From: Phoronis australis
Taxonomy: Eukaryota; Animalia; Phoronida
DNA: 64,000 nucleotides
Direction: 5' to 3'
Assembly: GCA_002633005.1 (NCBI GenBank)
Contig: NMRA01000025.1
Coordinates: 131,757 to 195,756 of the forward strand
The translations under genes were made by a program, and so were the position numbers. Below, piece by piece: positions 23,801 to 37,155 of the stretch (the stretch's first letter is position 1; each line of letters opens with the position of its first letter). The notes under the pieces are model-generated. The model was given only the letters and a program-made list of their open reading frames with translations, did no database searches and had not been told where the DNA came from.

Positions 23801-26800
23801 AAGTAAGTTGAAAATATTTTGAGACAATTTCTTTTTGTGACATTTGTCTTGGAGAATATGTTTTAGTGAATGTTGTCTGCGTGATGGTCCAACTGATTAT
23901 TTGTGAAATCATCACTGTAAGTTATTGAGAGCTGCACTTTCCGTCCAAGAACTAAAATGCATGTAGGAATACAGAATTATTAGTTTCTGATAAATCAATC
24001 TCATTTTAAGGAGAACAACAAGTCATATCTTTATAACTATGCAGATAATTTTGAAAGCAAATTCAGCAGTCTAAACAGCTATTTTGTGAATTTCGTAAAA
24101 AGCAGTACAAATCAACTTGTATAGTAATGATGATCTACAGCCTAATGTTTAAATCACTAAAAACACTGAACTTTCATTGCCATTGTTTTCAGTTTACTAC
24201 ATCCTCTTGGTTCCCTGCAGTAAAGTAAAATCAGACTTTAATGGCTTTGTTATTAATCATTAACTCATACATATCTGTACTAGTTTGACCACTCGGCTCT
24301 TGTGTGGCCAGATAATGCATAATACTGTTTGCTTCAATTCCTACCAAACCTCCAGGATAATCTTTTAAGCAAATTCTGGTCACTTGATGGTGATATTCTA
24401 GGACCACGTGAATTTGTTGGTTTTGAAGAATAATGTTGGTATTGTGTGACCACGCATGTATGATAAGGATGATACTTGTTGCCCAAATTTATAATTTGTT
24501 ATTTCAAAGATCCACAACCTTTTTTTACAAAAAATTTGCCTGGTTCATAGTTGAAATGACTTAGCCAGCCTCGATTTGGCATTTTGACTAAATCACACTG
24601 TTACTTGAAAATTGAAATTGTTTGCATATTCCTATACTTCAAGACTATTCAATGGAATAAGAAATGCCATTCATTGTTGACAAAATTTGTTATTTTTTGT
24701 ACTTGAATTTTTTACCAAACGAACTAGGTGACAAATAGCTGGGTTAAAGTCACCAACTTCAAGCTAGTAGAAAATAAGTTTCATGGTAGCAGAACCAGAC
24801 GGTTATGCAGTCAATGGACTCCATTCAGTCCATAGTGTACATGTACTTGTGTCAAAATAGGAACACAAGCTTACTATGATAATTTTTCACTTGTTTTGCA
24901 CAGAAATAATTGTGAAAGGTGTCATCTCTGCAAATAACGAATATACTTTAACCAAATGCTTGTTTTTTATAAACTTAGCTGGTAATAGCTTAAAATATTT
25001 TAATCTTTATTTTTATTTGAGAAATTTGCCAAAATGAAATTTCACATATCCCATCATACTCTAAGCTTAATAAGTGAAGAATTATGGTGTAATAATAAGC
25101 TTTAAGCTGTATTCTGGACTGAAGCACCATGTTATTAAAAATGGCACTGTATGTGGCTTGAATTGTACTATAGCTTTTGCTTTCATTTTATGGGCAGCAT
25201 GCAGAAATTAGCTGTTAAAATGGCAACATGTTGACAGTGTGTGACAATTTGTCATGCCATACCTACATTAGCTGTCAACTTAGGATGTGTAAGAGGTGTG
25301 TGGGGGGGTATGGGGGGTATGGTTAATGGAGAACTTGCGTGGGTTACTAATGTACATTCTCCTATCACAAATGTAGCTGGACTCAACGTCCAGGCTATTG
25401 ATTCATTATTGCTGTATAATCTGGCTCATTTCAAATTCCATCACTGGATTGCACTGAGCTATTTGACCAAGTGTACGCCAATAGTCGTTAGTAGATCAAT
25501 GCCACAAATGTAGCATAATGCAGGAAGGAGTAATTAGTCATACGAGGTTATTAGATAGACACCTATGTGGAAAACATTTTTAGATGATTAATAACTCCCT
25601 TATGTAATATATAATTGGTGTTGGTACACCTCTGTTGTTTTGCTGTGTTATCTAGGAATGGTATAGATTCATTTTTTCATCATGCTTTGCCAGATATTGA
25701 ACCATTCATTTTCAAAACTGGTCTGCAACAAAATCTGTATACAATGCATACCAACTCTTGTATTTTTGGAAAACACTTTACAGTTGAACAAAAATTTACC
25801 GGTTGTTTATGACTTTGTCAGAATTCATGACACTGCTTTGTATGGTGTTGATCAGTCTGTTGCATATAGAGTGGTTACAATGTATACTGTGCAATAAGAC
25901 TGAAGTGAATCTGTGCTGTATAGAATGTTCTTGTTTGTATGTTGTTGTTGTTGTTTTATTTCTCTCAAACTATTCATCTAAATTCTAGTTTCTGTTGGGT
26001 TCTTGATTATGAATCACATCGGTAATTGAAAAACAGTTTGAGTCTTTCTGGGACATGAAAAAGCTGCAGGCAGCTTATATTTAATTTTTTTTTTGAAAAA
26101 TTTGCTTATTTTTTGTACATAGTAATAAGTCAAAAGTTTTCAACAATTGGCTAAATTATGCCAAGTCATCTAGTTTTGTAGATAATCGTGAAAGAAGTTG
26201 AAATAAAATTGACACTCTGTGAACCGTGTTACAATTGACTGCAAGAGTTTGCTCCAAAATACATGTAAGTTCAGTTTTTTGAGGTAGTCTGATTCTGTCC
26301 ATTTCTTTTGATTAGTAGTGTTCTTCAGATTGTGGTTGGTTATTTCTGTTTGTCATTAAAGTCTATCCATGTTACATCAAACCTGTTGGAAATGTTTTCT
26401 CACTTGTAATATTCCATGCCAAATGTCCTAAGCCAACAGCATTGTATCCAATTTGATTTGGTTACCGTGGTTACAACAAACAATTTGGAAAGGTCCTGAG
26501 AGGTTTGGTTGTAATGTAGTTGTATTGAGTGGGAAGTACTCTTGTGATAAATATGCATCTGAGAAAGGTTATGAAAATTTGTGATGTTTGTAGATTCATA
26601 ATTTTGTTTCCTGAAATTGTGTAACTGTTATTCATTGTGTGATCTTATTTCTTAATCCGAACTATGGCTGTTTGTCGTGGGTCGTTCAGCACAGGGTATA
26701 TTTTTGTACTTTTGTCAGTCTTTTAGAATTCTTTACCAATTGTTATTTACTATAATTATGTGAGTAGTCTCAAAACTATACTCTGGATGTTGTTATTGTT

Positions 26801-28231
26801 TATTATGATGTCAAACTGTTCACACTTTCAACCATATAAAGTGTGTTGGGAATTGATTAGAGGGTGTACTGGTTATGTTTGATGCAGTCTTTTGAATGGC
26901 AATCATAATGCACTCATACTTTTGTCTCATTTCCTGTATTTAGCAAAGGTCACTGTCATTTTTAAAACTTCTGTCATGTATGTTACTGTGATTTGTTCAG
27001 GATCACAAACTTCTCTCAGTTGTTCGTATGCTTAACCCACCTGGCATGTTAAGAGTACCTAAAAGTCGATGGCTCTTTGTATGTAATCTCAATCTGCAAT
27101 GCCCTAGCCAATAATGAAATTGTATTTGTTTTAGCCAATGACTAAATTGTTCCTTCATTTGCACTAGCTCTAGCCAATTATAAAATCGTTGCTGTATTTG
27201 CATATGCCCAAGGCCCAGCCCAATTACCAGGAAGTGTTTTGTTTCTTATCTGACACACAGCCATTGATAGGGTTGTAATTAATGCTTGTTTATTCACAGA
27301 ATCAACATGCCAGTAATAGTAAGTCTGTTGAAAAAAACCCTTTAATTTATGACAATCTTTTGGGTTTTTGGAGTGGGCTCTCTCCTTGAAGTGGCTCAAA
27401 TTTTTCATTTAATCTATGATTGATAAAAGTGACTTTCTCCTCATGAAGCTATTTCCATAATTTTAGGAATCTTTGATTTACATTTCGTAATTGTTAAATG
27501 CTCTCAATTTAGTCTAAAATTACGATGGTCCTTGTTTTTGGCAAGTGGGCAGTTTTCAGTGAGTCATCAATTCAAAGGCATTTACCATAATCATGTCATC
27601 CTTGTATAGCAATAAGGTGTGTGGTAGCCAAGTACAATATGGAACTTCATCTTTAATAAGGCCAAACGTTTGCAAGCGACATGGATCCCGTGTTTTGTAG
27701 TGTGAGCTATGTTAGAATTCACATTTAGTCACTTTCTATCCATTAAGAGCTACTAAACGATACTGGGAATCTTTGAAATCAATAGTCTCGTGATAATTTA
27801 ATTAGGGAATGTCGTTGAACTGCACGTATCACTAAGTCCATACTGTCATATTTGCATCAATTTATTCACTCTGTATCTTTTGACTTGTATTCATGTGATG
27901 TTTAATAAAGATTGCTCAATTAAATAATTTTAATATGGTAGAACCTTCCTGGTGGTATGTGTATCTGATTTCCTAAGAAAGACACGCTATATTTTTTAAT
28001 TTCTCTTCACTTTTTTGCTGTTTTTAAGACGGCAATTTGACCTATTCAAGTGACGAAAGAACGAAAACTGAATTGGACCTTTTGCTGTCATATAATCGAT
28101 CTCGTACTATTCATTGCCTTGATGGGGTTCTGTTTCCGTTACCAGCAAAGACATCGAAACCATTAGCAACGCGAGATTGCCTGTGATTCAAGGTGGTAAC
28201 GGAAACAAAATCCCTACACGGTAAATGATAT

Positions 28232-28970
28232 TGTAAGCCCGAACTTGAAATGGGAAGGCAACTTAGGTCAGAGGCCGGCAGGCCATTTTCGAATTCTCAG
28301 TTTTTGGGTTGGCCAACCCCCAAAACTGAAGCGCTTTCTTGGGTGGCTGATGATTTTGATGTTCTTGTTCGTCGTCTCTCCGTGTTTGAGCAGGATATCT
28401 CAAAATTTTCGAGCAGACTTCGTCCCAACTAGCTGAGTTCGACGATGGTAGCCGACTGCTCGAAGCCGGTATTACACATGGCCGTCGGTGGTCACAACAA
28501 AAGTCGTGCCCGTGTGTCGGCGTCCCGGTAACCAGATGCTTACAGGCAACGGCAGCTCTTGAGTTTTGCCGTCACGGGGATGGTCTGGGGAGGGGATTAA
28601 TGCACCACCATATCCCCAATGATCTTGTCCGTGACACTGAGGTATTACAGGTATCTCACAAACCGCTGGTCGGATTTTGATGAAATTTGGCGCAGGGGCC
28701 TCTTGAACGGTTTGTGCCACGTTTCAATTTACCCCGCCCCCTGGGGGTGTTGCTTTTTCTGTATTTTGGGGAAAAGAGCGTCTTCGGGTGATATCTAGAG
28801 AACGAATGAAACTTAACACAAATGGTGTGTGATACCAATGCGCCGGTACGATTAAATTTTCGGACAGATTCGACCACTGCAGCACCTCCTAGTGGACATT
28901 CTGTTCTCGACGAGGGGCTTTTCTAGCAATGAGCAACAGTCAAGTTCAAATTCTATAGAAATTTAATCAA
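28232..28970. mobile_element. Non-autonomous Helentron/HINE-like element
   Basis: GC-richer block with subterminal inverted motifs (AAGCCC/GGGCTT, GAACTTGA/TCAAGTTC) and the recurrent ATGAAATTTGG/ATGAAACTT and CCTAGTGG motifs seen in such elements. The family is inferred. Confidence 0.4.
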
Positions 28971-31609
28971 ACCTTGACTATAATGAACGGTGCTTCTTAT
29001 TTTATCAGAATAGATAATTGTTATTGCAAATTAATGAAATCCAATTCAAAGCTCACGTGTTATTCTTTTTCTAGTATTTTCTGAATAAAATGATGGTTTC
29101 TCTGATAACTGTCTTACTGAGGTTTTCTCTGGCGAACACTCGTATTTCTATCCTATATCTACTTGTCTGTTGGGAGAGTCGTAGACAATATGTTCTAAAG
29201 TTCAGACTGTCCTCTACAAACGGAACAGGTATTCAAGTCGATAATATTGATTTTATATAGAAAGTTGTTCGTAGTTGTCTTTGTAGAGACTACCATCAAG
29301 GAGTGTAGTAGTATAGGAGAGTTCACTTGTGGGTTCGCTGTTACCGCTACTACTAGCGCCGCCAAGTGGTGAACAAGCTACGGTCAACCAGGAAGCGCCA
29401 AAACAATGGGGGACGGACGCATTTTGCAGTGCGATAAATTGCATGAATTGATCCACGAAAACCCCACACGTGTCATTTTGTAGGTTTCCTAAGGATCCAG
29501 AAAGGTAAGGANATTTTGACACAGAATACAATAAAATGACTTACACCCAAAGGCTGTTAACAAAATAGTAGATATTAAATGGAATAAGTGGACCAATAGT
29601 GTCTCATCTTTTAGTATGATATAGTTATGCCGAGAAATGATTTTACGGTCTTAATCAAAAAACACTCCAAAAATTCTTTCTACATGCTCATGTGAGAAAA
29701 AACTATTTTTGACCGATTTTATGAGAAGAAAGGGTTGAACTGGACTTTCGTTTTTAGCCAGCTAAACAGCGAAATGAAGCTTTAAATCGGAAAACCGAAC
29801 GCTGTCCTAACATTTGCTACACCGAAGGTTCACGAGTGGTAAAAAGTATTTCAACCCCTTGCCATACTCGGGAGCTTTTATTTAAAATGTTTTTCTCGTG
29901 TTTAGATGTCGGAAAATTATCAAAATGAGCCATTGGCATTTTTTATTGATTGCACATTTTCTTGGTGGCCGGCTTAGAAAGCCGGATTCCTCACCCTCCA
30001 GTTATATAATCTACTATATGCCAGCACATGCCCTGGAAAATGATATGGCATCAAATTTTGTTACCAACAATTGTACAACACGATAAACCCCTGAAACTTT
30101 CATTCTGAAAACCTTTTGCCCGGTTCTTGCTGTTTTATTGTTATCACTCTAAAAAAATGCTTAGGCTCCTAAATCTGTTGGTACAGCCCAGCGGGGTACC
30201 TCTCACTGTCCTACATATAAGGGTAACAAATCGAGTAAATGGCTACCCGAATGAGAAGCCTCACTCAACACGGGTGACGGAACTTTAAGCTGATTTTTAG
30301 TCCGCGAAATGATGAGCCGGCCCCTGTCAATCGATACGAAATACGACTCTTCGATGCGAATTTTTGCGAATTCTACACAGGGGTAGTGAAAATTCGCCCC
30401 AATCATCATATTTGATTAAAAATGCCCTGTTCATCCCTGCATGTACACTATCAGAGGGGGTGTTTTGCTTACTGTGGCAATTAAAAGTGCAAGTTATTAG
30501 GGTACGCTTCCTCTTTCCAGAAGCCAAGTTTGCAGAAGGTACATACTAAGAGTTGTACCGTATAGATCTACAATTAGCATAACAATTGTGATACTAGAGG
30601 AAAGACGAGTTTGCCGCCGGGGAAAACAATACATTACTTCAATGCCGAAAGCCAATACCCAAAACTTCATTTTTGTTGTAACGGTGAGCTACTTCAGAAC
30701 AACGAGTTTTCCATTAACTGCAATATCGTTAGTTATATTAACTGACAATATAAATGCCAGTCTAGGCCCGAAGACTAATGGTGCCGGCCTGTCGGGCTCT
30801 CAACAGTCCGCGGTGTTGGCGTAGCAATCACAGCAACCATTTGAATCATTATTAAAGCGACATTAAACCCGTACGTTCGGTCAAAAAGCAAGTTTTGATA
30901 TAGCTCAGTATAGCTTACCTTTATGAACTTGGTCTCAATGTTGCCATAGTTAGATAAGTGTGATAGTGTCCCTGGACGGAGGCAACTGGTATTCTTTATT
31001 TCTTCAGATCAAGCTCACGTTGTGACTTGAAATTTTATGAACTTAGTTTGAAGAAATAACAAACGTTCAGTTCTTCCCGACGCCAGAGATAGAGATGAGA
31101 TTAATTTCCCAACGGTAATTAAATGGTTTAAATCAAGACTTCTTTGACGGAAAATGCGCACGGATAAACTGCCAAATAGACGAGCGTCTGTCAAAATGGA
31201 AACAACGTACAGGACTGCGGCTCCGATCAGACTCTGAAATTAGTCTTAAAAATTTTCTTAGATATGATTTCTGGACAGTTCTGTTGCATGAGACTCCAGT
31301 CTTTTCAAGTCGAGCTGTCACGGCGTGTCAGTTTATTCGTCGCCACGGTCTCGGCAACAGGTCATTTTTTACATTGCTGGCTACAGGGGACTCGACATCT
31401 CTCCTGTGGCTAATCGAGACGATGGCAATGTTTAACTGTACCCTGAGAGCATGGAACATTCAGTTGCTGGCTTGTCTGTTTTTGAATGTCCACTAGGTAG
31501 CAGCACCTCGCTTCTTAGTTGTCTCCCCCTTTTCAACATGTCAGCCTCCTTGTTGAAATGATTTAGTGAGATTTTCTCACATTGTCTACTGGTCTAAATA
31601 GTTTTCGCG

Positions 31610-34600
31610 ATGAATTACCTTCCGGGTACAGCAAGTCTGATAGATGAAATCGACAGTAAGTAACCGTGTACCATTCCAGCCTTGCATGGATGCCACATGT
31701 ATGTAGTTTAATGTACCGAGACAATTCAGCAAGCGGTCTTGGAGAGTTAAAATTGAAAGTGATTATGCCTTGGTACCCTGTCTCTAAAGCCAGCGTGTGC
31801 CCCAAGGTTCTACCCTGGGTCCTCTGTTATTCAGTGTTTTCATAAATTATATTTTCTATATAACTGAAAGCAAGTGCAAACTTTACAATTACTCAGATGA
31901 GAATACACTTGTACACTGTGACGACCCTATTGATAGAGTCAGACTTGTTCTGAAAAACGCTGCTAATGTTAGATATGAGGCTGTGAGATGGTTTGACAAT
32001 GATCATGTGTTTGCCAATAATTCAAAGCCGTTGCACTTTTAGCAGAGACACACTCAGCGATTCCGAAAAATTTCTTTATGTTGGTACGAATATTATTAAG
32101 TGTGAGAAGTTTGTTAAATGGTTGGGTGTGTATGTTAAACTTCCACGAACAACCTCTGTGCCAAAGCAGCAAAATATGTATCTACCTTGTTCCATCTGTG
32201 TCATTAATTGGATACAGACACTAAGCTGAAGATTTATTATGCATTTATTCGGTCATATTTTAATTATTGTCCTCTTGTTAGGCACTTATGTGGGGTTCAG
32301 AAAGCCGGAGAAATGGAAAAGATTCAATATCGGGCCTTAAAATTTGTTTTCAATGACTACCAGTTGTCGTATTCCATCCTACTGTCTAAATCAAACTCCA
32401 CTCCATTTTTTGTTCAAAGTCTACAATGTCTTGGGGTGGCTGTTTTCAAGCATATGAATCAGACAGGCCCTTGCCTTCTCCAGTGTTTTGCTCTCAGACG
32501 TCTGCCCTATGATGTACGGAGGAAAAACTCTTTATGTGTTGTAAGGTTTGCTACTACACTACATCCTATATGGGCTTAATTCTATTCACCACCAGGGGTA
32601 TCTTTATGGAACAAGTTACCTGAATGTCATGCGCNNNNNNNNNNNNNNNNNNNNNNNNNNNNNNNNNNNNNNNNNNNNNNNNNNNNNNNNNNNNNNNNNN
32701 NNNNNNNNNNNNNNNNNNNNNNNNNNNNNNNNNNNNNNNNNNNNNNNNNNNNNNNNNNNNNNNNNNNNNNNNNNNNNNNNNNNNNNNNNNNNNNNNNNNN
32801 NNNNNNNNNNGTCTTCATCATCTGAAAACAGTATTTTGTTTGATTACTTTTGTCTTGTACTGTAGGTCGAGAAGGCTTATCATTTAGTTATAAACAAATT
32901 TTAAACTGCTATTTACTAACTTTCCTTTCGCAGCCAACCTGGTTCTACAAGGAACAATAGAAAGGATACATGTTGGGACTAAATACGGAGACATTCCTCG
33001 TGGAATATTTTTTATCCGAGGAGAAAATGTGCTGCTACTGGGAGAAATCGTAAGTACAAGTCACCTCACTAAGCTAGTCACATCATAGATTATAGACAAC
33101 AGATTTGCAACTCTGACATTTTGACTTGAGGAGGTGCCACCATAGCAAACTCAGATTCCGGTTGGTGTATTGTGACGGAAACTTCTTGCATATATTTTAC
33201 TGTCCAGTACAACGAAAAAATAAAATTTCATCATTGAAATGCTGTTCAAAGTCTTCCACTAGTAGCACTTTTGGTATTGTGAGTACTTTTGGTGCTGAGC
33301 ACCCGACCACACAACAGCCAACCATGATAAGCAGACGACGTACTTGCCAGAAGTAAAACGTGCTATGTCTGCCAGGTGTCGCTAGTGAGTAGTGATGTTA
33401 CGGCTTATGCGTAAGATTACAGATTTTGTCCATTGAAAATATGCGGAGTTGGTGGTCCATGTATTATAGTCTATAGTCACATTCAGGTCAGTGCTACTTG
33501 CGTAAACTGTTGCTTTAATGACTTTTAAATGCTCAGGCACTGTTGTAGCTACGTATGTTGAGCTATGACGAGTTTCAAATCTCGATACTCACTTTTTGTG
33601 GAAAACATGTACAAGAGTTATGCATGCGGTTTGATATGTGAAGGAAATGTTATTTTACAGGTTGTCATTGTCATAATTTTCTCACCCAGCCTGTCCTAAA
33701 AGGGGATTTGGTGTAATAACTTGTTGGAGATATTTACTACTCAACATGAAGAATGATTGAGTTTTAAGTGTAATTCTCATTGGAATCTCAATTTTTGCAG
33801 TCAGTGCTTAATACTGGGCAATTTTTGAAGGAATGTAATCAAGTGTAAGCTTGCAGTATGAGTCAGTTGTGATGACGACTTATGGAAAGACAATAGAATT
33901 AGTAAAGTGGGGTCTGCTTTTGGTGAAACTCAGCAGTTTTTGCTGGACTTGAGCTTGAAAATCCAGGTCCTCTCTGTTCCACTGGCTCTACAAAATCTGA
34001 AAATACAAAGAATATACTGGGCTCAAAACTCTAAAAACCATGCACGAAGTCCAATAAAACTGATTCCAAAGTGGATTTTTGCATCTTTTATGAACAGCGC
34101 AAGTTCAGCTAGCTACTTGAAATTGTGCTAAAATACACCAAATCATCAGTTTTCACCTCACAGTCACTAGTTACATGCAATGACCATGAACTGAGAGCCA
34201 CTACATTCAGACTACCAAAACATCTAGATTGTAGAAATCAGGTAAAAGTTGTATGCCTTCTCAAATCTGAAGCGTCAGAAGGGTACCTGAATTTATTGCT
34301 AAATTTAAACGTCCTGCTTGCTTGTAGTAAACGTTTTAGAAAAGCCACAAATGAGAATTGGGTTGAAGGACAAACCTTGAATCACAACATACTCAAAAAT
34401 CAAGCAAATGCCATTCATAGCCCTCACAAATTAAACACTCTAAAAATGAAAATGCCTAGCCAATCCAGTAGTCATCAATTTTTATGAAATTGAGAGGTAA
34501 ATTCATCCGTAGCTCAAAAAACTATTGAATGAGACCTTTAAGTGACAAGTCACTCCCAAAAACAACTTACAAACAGTGACTTAGTTGTGTACACGTAAAC

Positions 34601-35150
34601 AATTGGGAATGTCCTGGGACCAAAGAAAATGTGACTTACGTGTTCAGTAAAGCTTAGATGATATGGCGTGACAACGGATGACACTGAGACAAATAATTAA
34701 AATTTTATAAGTCTATTTTGTATTTTATGTGCCAAAATTTGTGCAAAGTTATCATTTTCCTATTTTTCAAAGGCCAATTTTTGTTGCTTGTGATCTTCAA
34801 TATTTGGCTCCAAGCAGTTTACATTGGATGTGGAAAAATAATTCAAAGTGTACACGATTTTTGGATCTGGGCAGATGGTATGTCACCGAGCCAATGAGCT
34901 TCCACTGTATTCAGCAATAGTTCACAATACACATATTAAGCATTTGACTTCTTTAAATAGTTTTCCTGTTCTACTACAGGATCCAGAGAAAGAAGACATG
35001 TCCCACCTACAGGAAGTAACAGTGGACACGATTCTTGAGATGCAGCACCAAGAGCAACAAACCAAACAGGAGGAGAGGGAGAGGAAGAAGACAGCTTTGT
35101 TACAGAGAGGAATGGTTCCTCATGGGGACCTTGTAATGGAGGAGTATTGA
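31610..35150 (+). CDS. LSM1: U6 snRNA-associated Sm-like protein LSm1 (4 exons, exon 2 probably in assembly gap)
   Basis: Exon 1 31610-31655 [15 protein letters not shown] + GTAAGT. Exon 3 32934-33049 [39 protein letters not shown], with TACTAAC branch point, AG acceptor and GTAAGT donor. Exon 4 34980-35150 [21 protein letters not shown]. The expected exon 2 (KKxLVxLRDGRTLIG..) is not visible and most likely lies in the N run 32635-32810. Confidence 0.95.
31790..32634 (+). mobile_element. 5'-truncated, decayed non-LTR retrotransposon (CR1/L2-group RT) in LSM1 intron 1
   Basis: [17 protein letters not shown], degenerate YADD (YSDE), [41 protein letters not shown]. Contains frameshifts. Confidence 0.9.
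32635..32810. other. Assembly gap (176 N)
   Basis: Run of N. Single Ns also occur at 29512, 41381 and 59967. Confidence 1.
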
Positions 35151-35158
35151 GGGGGAGC

Positions 35159-35189
35159 GGTGACAGTGGATTGATGGGCCACTGTCACC
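35159..35189 (+). other. Perfect 11-bp stem-loop 8 nt after the LSM1 stop
   Basis: GGTGACAGTGG-ATTGATGGG-CCACTGTCACC. Confidence 0.8.
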
Positions 35190-37155
35190 CTGTCATAGTG
35201 GTATATCAAAGGTGATGACAGGGGAATGGTGCCTCACAGAGACCTTGTTATGGAGGAGTTGTGGTGGGGTTGACAGGTGACTAATTAGGCACAATATCCC
35301 TGTCGTGGAGGCCTGTTGAAAAGAATGATAGGGATTGGTACTGCGCAGTGGAGCAGTATTAAGGAGGGAATACCTTGTTAGGGTTGACATGTGACATTGA
35401 CCAACAGACAAAGTCAATTCTTCTGACAATTTTCAGTTACATTACAAACTTATATAGAGGCTTCTGAGAGCCTGTTGGGGATCAAATATGATGTTGCAAC
35501 TTGTTAATAAGGTAACTCATATTTTGATACATAACTGTGTCGCGCAATAAATCATGAAACTCGATATGCCATGTACATATATAGCTTATAATGCCTTGAT
35601 GCTCAATAAGCCACATAGCTTCTGAAGTCGTGCAGTACTGATATACATACACTATGTGTCAGGACTTACTCCTTTATAAGGATGTCTAGCCCAGGAAACC
35701 ATGCAACTCAAAAAGCTTTGTGACTCTATGAGACAAGATCATGACTCCATATTACCCAATAGATTTGTAGGTCAAAGGGTCAAAAACCCACAGTAGAAGC
35801 TTTGCCAGAATGTCCGATTTGCTTGGTATATTTTTTCTTGTTAGTGTGTATAGTTACACACGTAGATTCATCGCAACAATTCTTAAATTTCTTTTTGTAA
35901 TACTAATTGTGAGGATAAAATTTGCATTCATTCACGTTCTACGTGATTGTTAATAATTTTGTGTCAATAACATCAACGTTTTGTTTTACTGTTTTAAACC
36001 ACCCAGAGATTGGGTGACTCCTGGACTGAGAGCTATTGAGGTGTTGTAAGAGGTTTATACCAAACAAAGTTTCGTGCTAATGAAAATGATATATTATTTT
36101 GTACTTAGTTACGAGAATTTCTGTTTCTTGTTTGACTGTCACACTTTTTTATTCTCATAGCATTGTTTATGTTGCCTGCAAGTTCCTGGAACAATGTTAC
36201 ATTGTTTCTAATGTAAAGTGTTGTGAGTGGAAGACAAAGGTATTCAGACAAAGTACTGTTACCCAATCTTGACATCTTCTTATGTTAACACCAAAAATGA
36301 CTGGTAATAACTATTATGGCAGCAAAAATTTATTTATGGAATGGCTCAGCCGCCTCACTGATCTGTTTAATCACCTTTGTTCTCAGCCTTATGGGAAGGC
36401 TACTTTACAATGAATTCCACTACCATCCAGTGTGAAATTGGTTGTATGTAAATTTCTGATGCTTCATCATTATATCTCTGTCAAGAATTATTATATCTCC
36501 GTCAAGAATTACTACAAAAAAAATCAATGGGTTAATTGGTGTCCAGACAAAACAGTTACTTTAGACTGTACTGGTAATTTTTGTATTTCTGTATTGATTG
36601 CAGTACAGAAGTTGTGCATTATGTACATGTAGGCTGTTAATTTTTCCAAATTCACCAGATAGCACGCAATTTGAAATTTTCATCTAGTGAAGATCAATTA
36701 TAACAAGTTTGAGTTAGGTGACCCTTTGAAGCACTAGAATTACAATTTGTTTGTGATAAATTATGTTTTTGTAAGTTAAACTGGTGTTGATACCAGCTTT
36801 GGGTTTAGTGCTTACATATTTTGAATTTTGTTTTGGAAAATAAATATTCTCTTTTGTTTAAAAATGGTATTCTTTTCTGGGTCTTACCCATGACAGTGTA
36901 GTGACCTAAAATTAGTGAGGACGTAATATATAATTAAAGAACTGCCTGCCTGTCATGATTGTGACTTAAGGTTTTCTGACACAATACATTTGACATGTGA
37001 CATTTGGTAATCTATGGATAATGGTTAGGCTCTGGCTCTGACTATAATCAATGCCATAGTGTAACATATTTTTATTTAGCAGAGCCAAATGAGGTCCAGA
37101 CCTCGTAATGTGGCCTTTTCATTCAACTACAATGACATAATCTAAAGCACCCTCA

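Noticed and set aside
28880-29370. CTCF-like motifs (GCACCTCCTAGTGG, GCGCCGCCAAGTGG)
   Set aside because: Imperfect matches in or near repeat-derived sequence. Function cannot be supported from sequence alone.
32548-32887. ORFs containing X runs
   Set aside because: Artefacts of the N gap.
35151-35460. SECIS element that would make the LSM1 UGA a selenocysteine codon
   Set aside because: ATGA at ~35215 lacks the 11-12-bp helix to an AA loop and the matching GA quartet. The stop also aligns with the normal LSm1 C-terminus.
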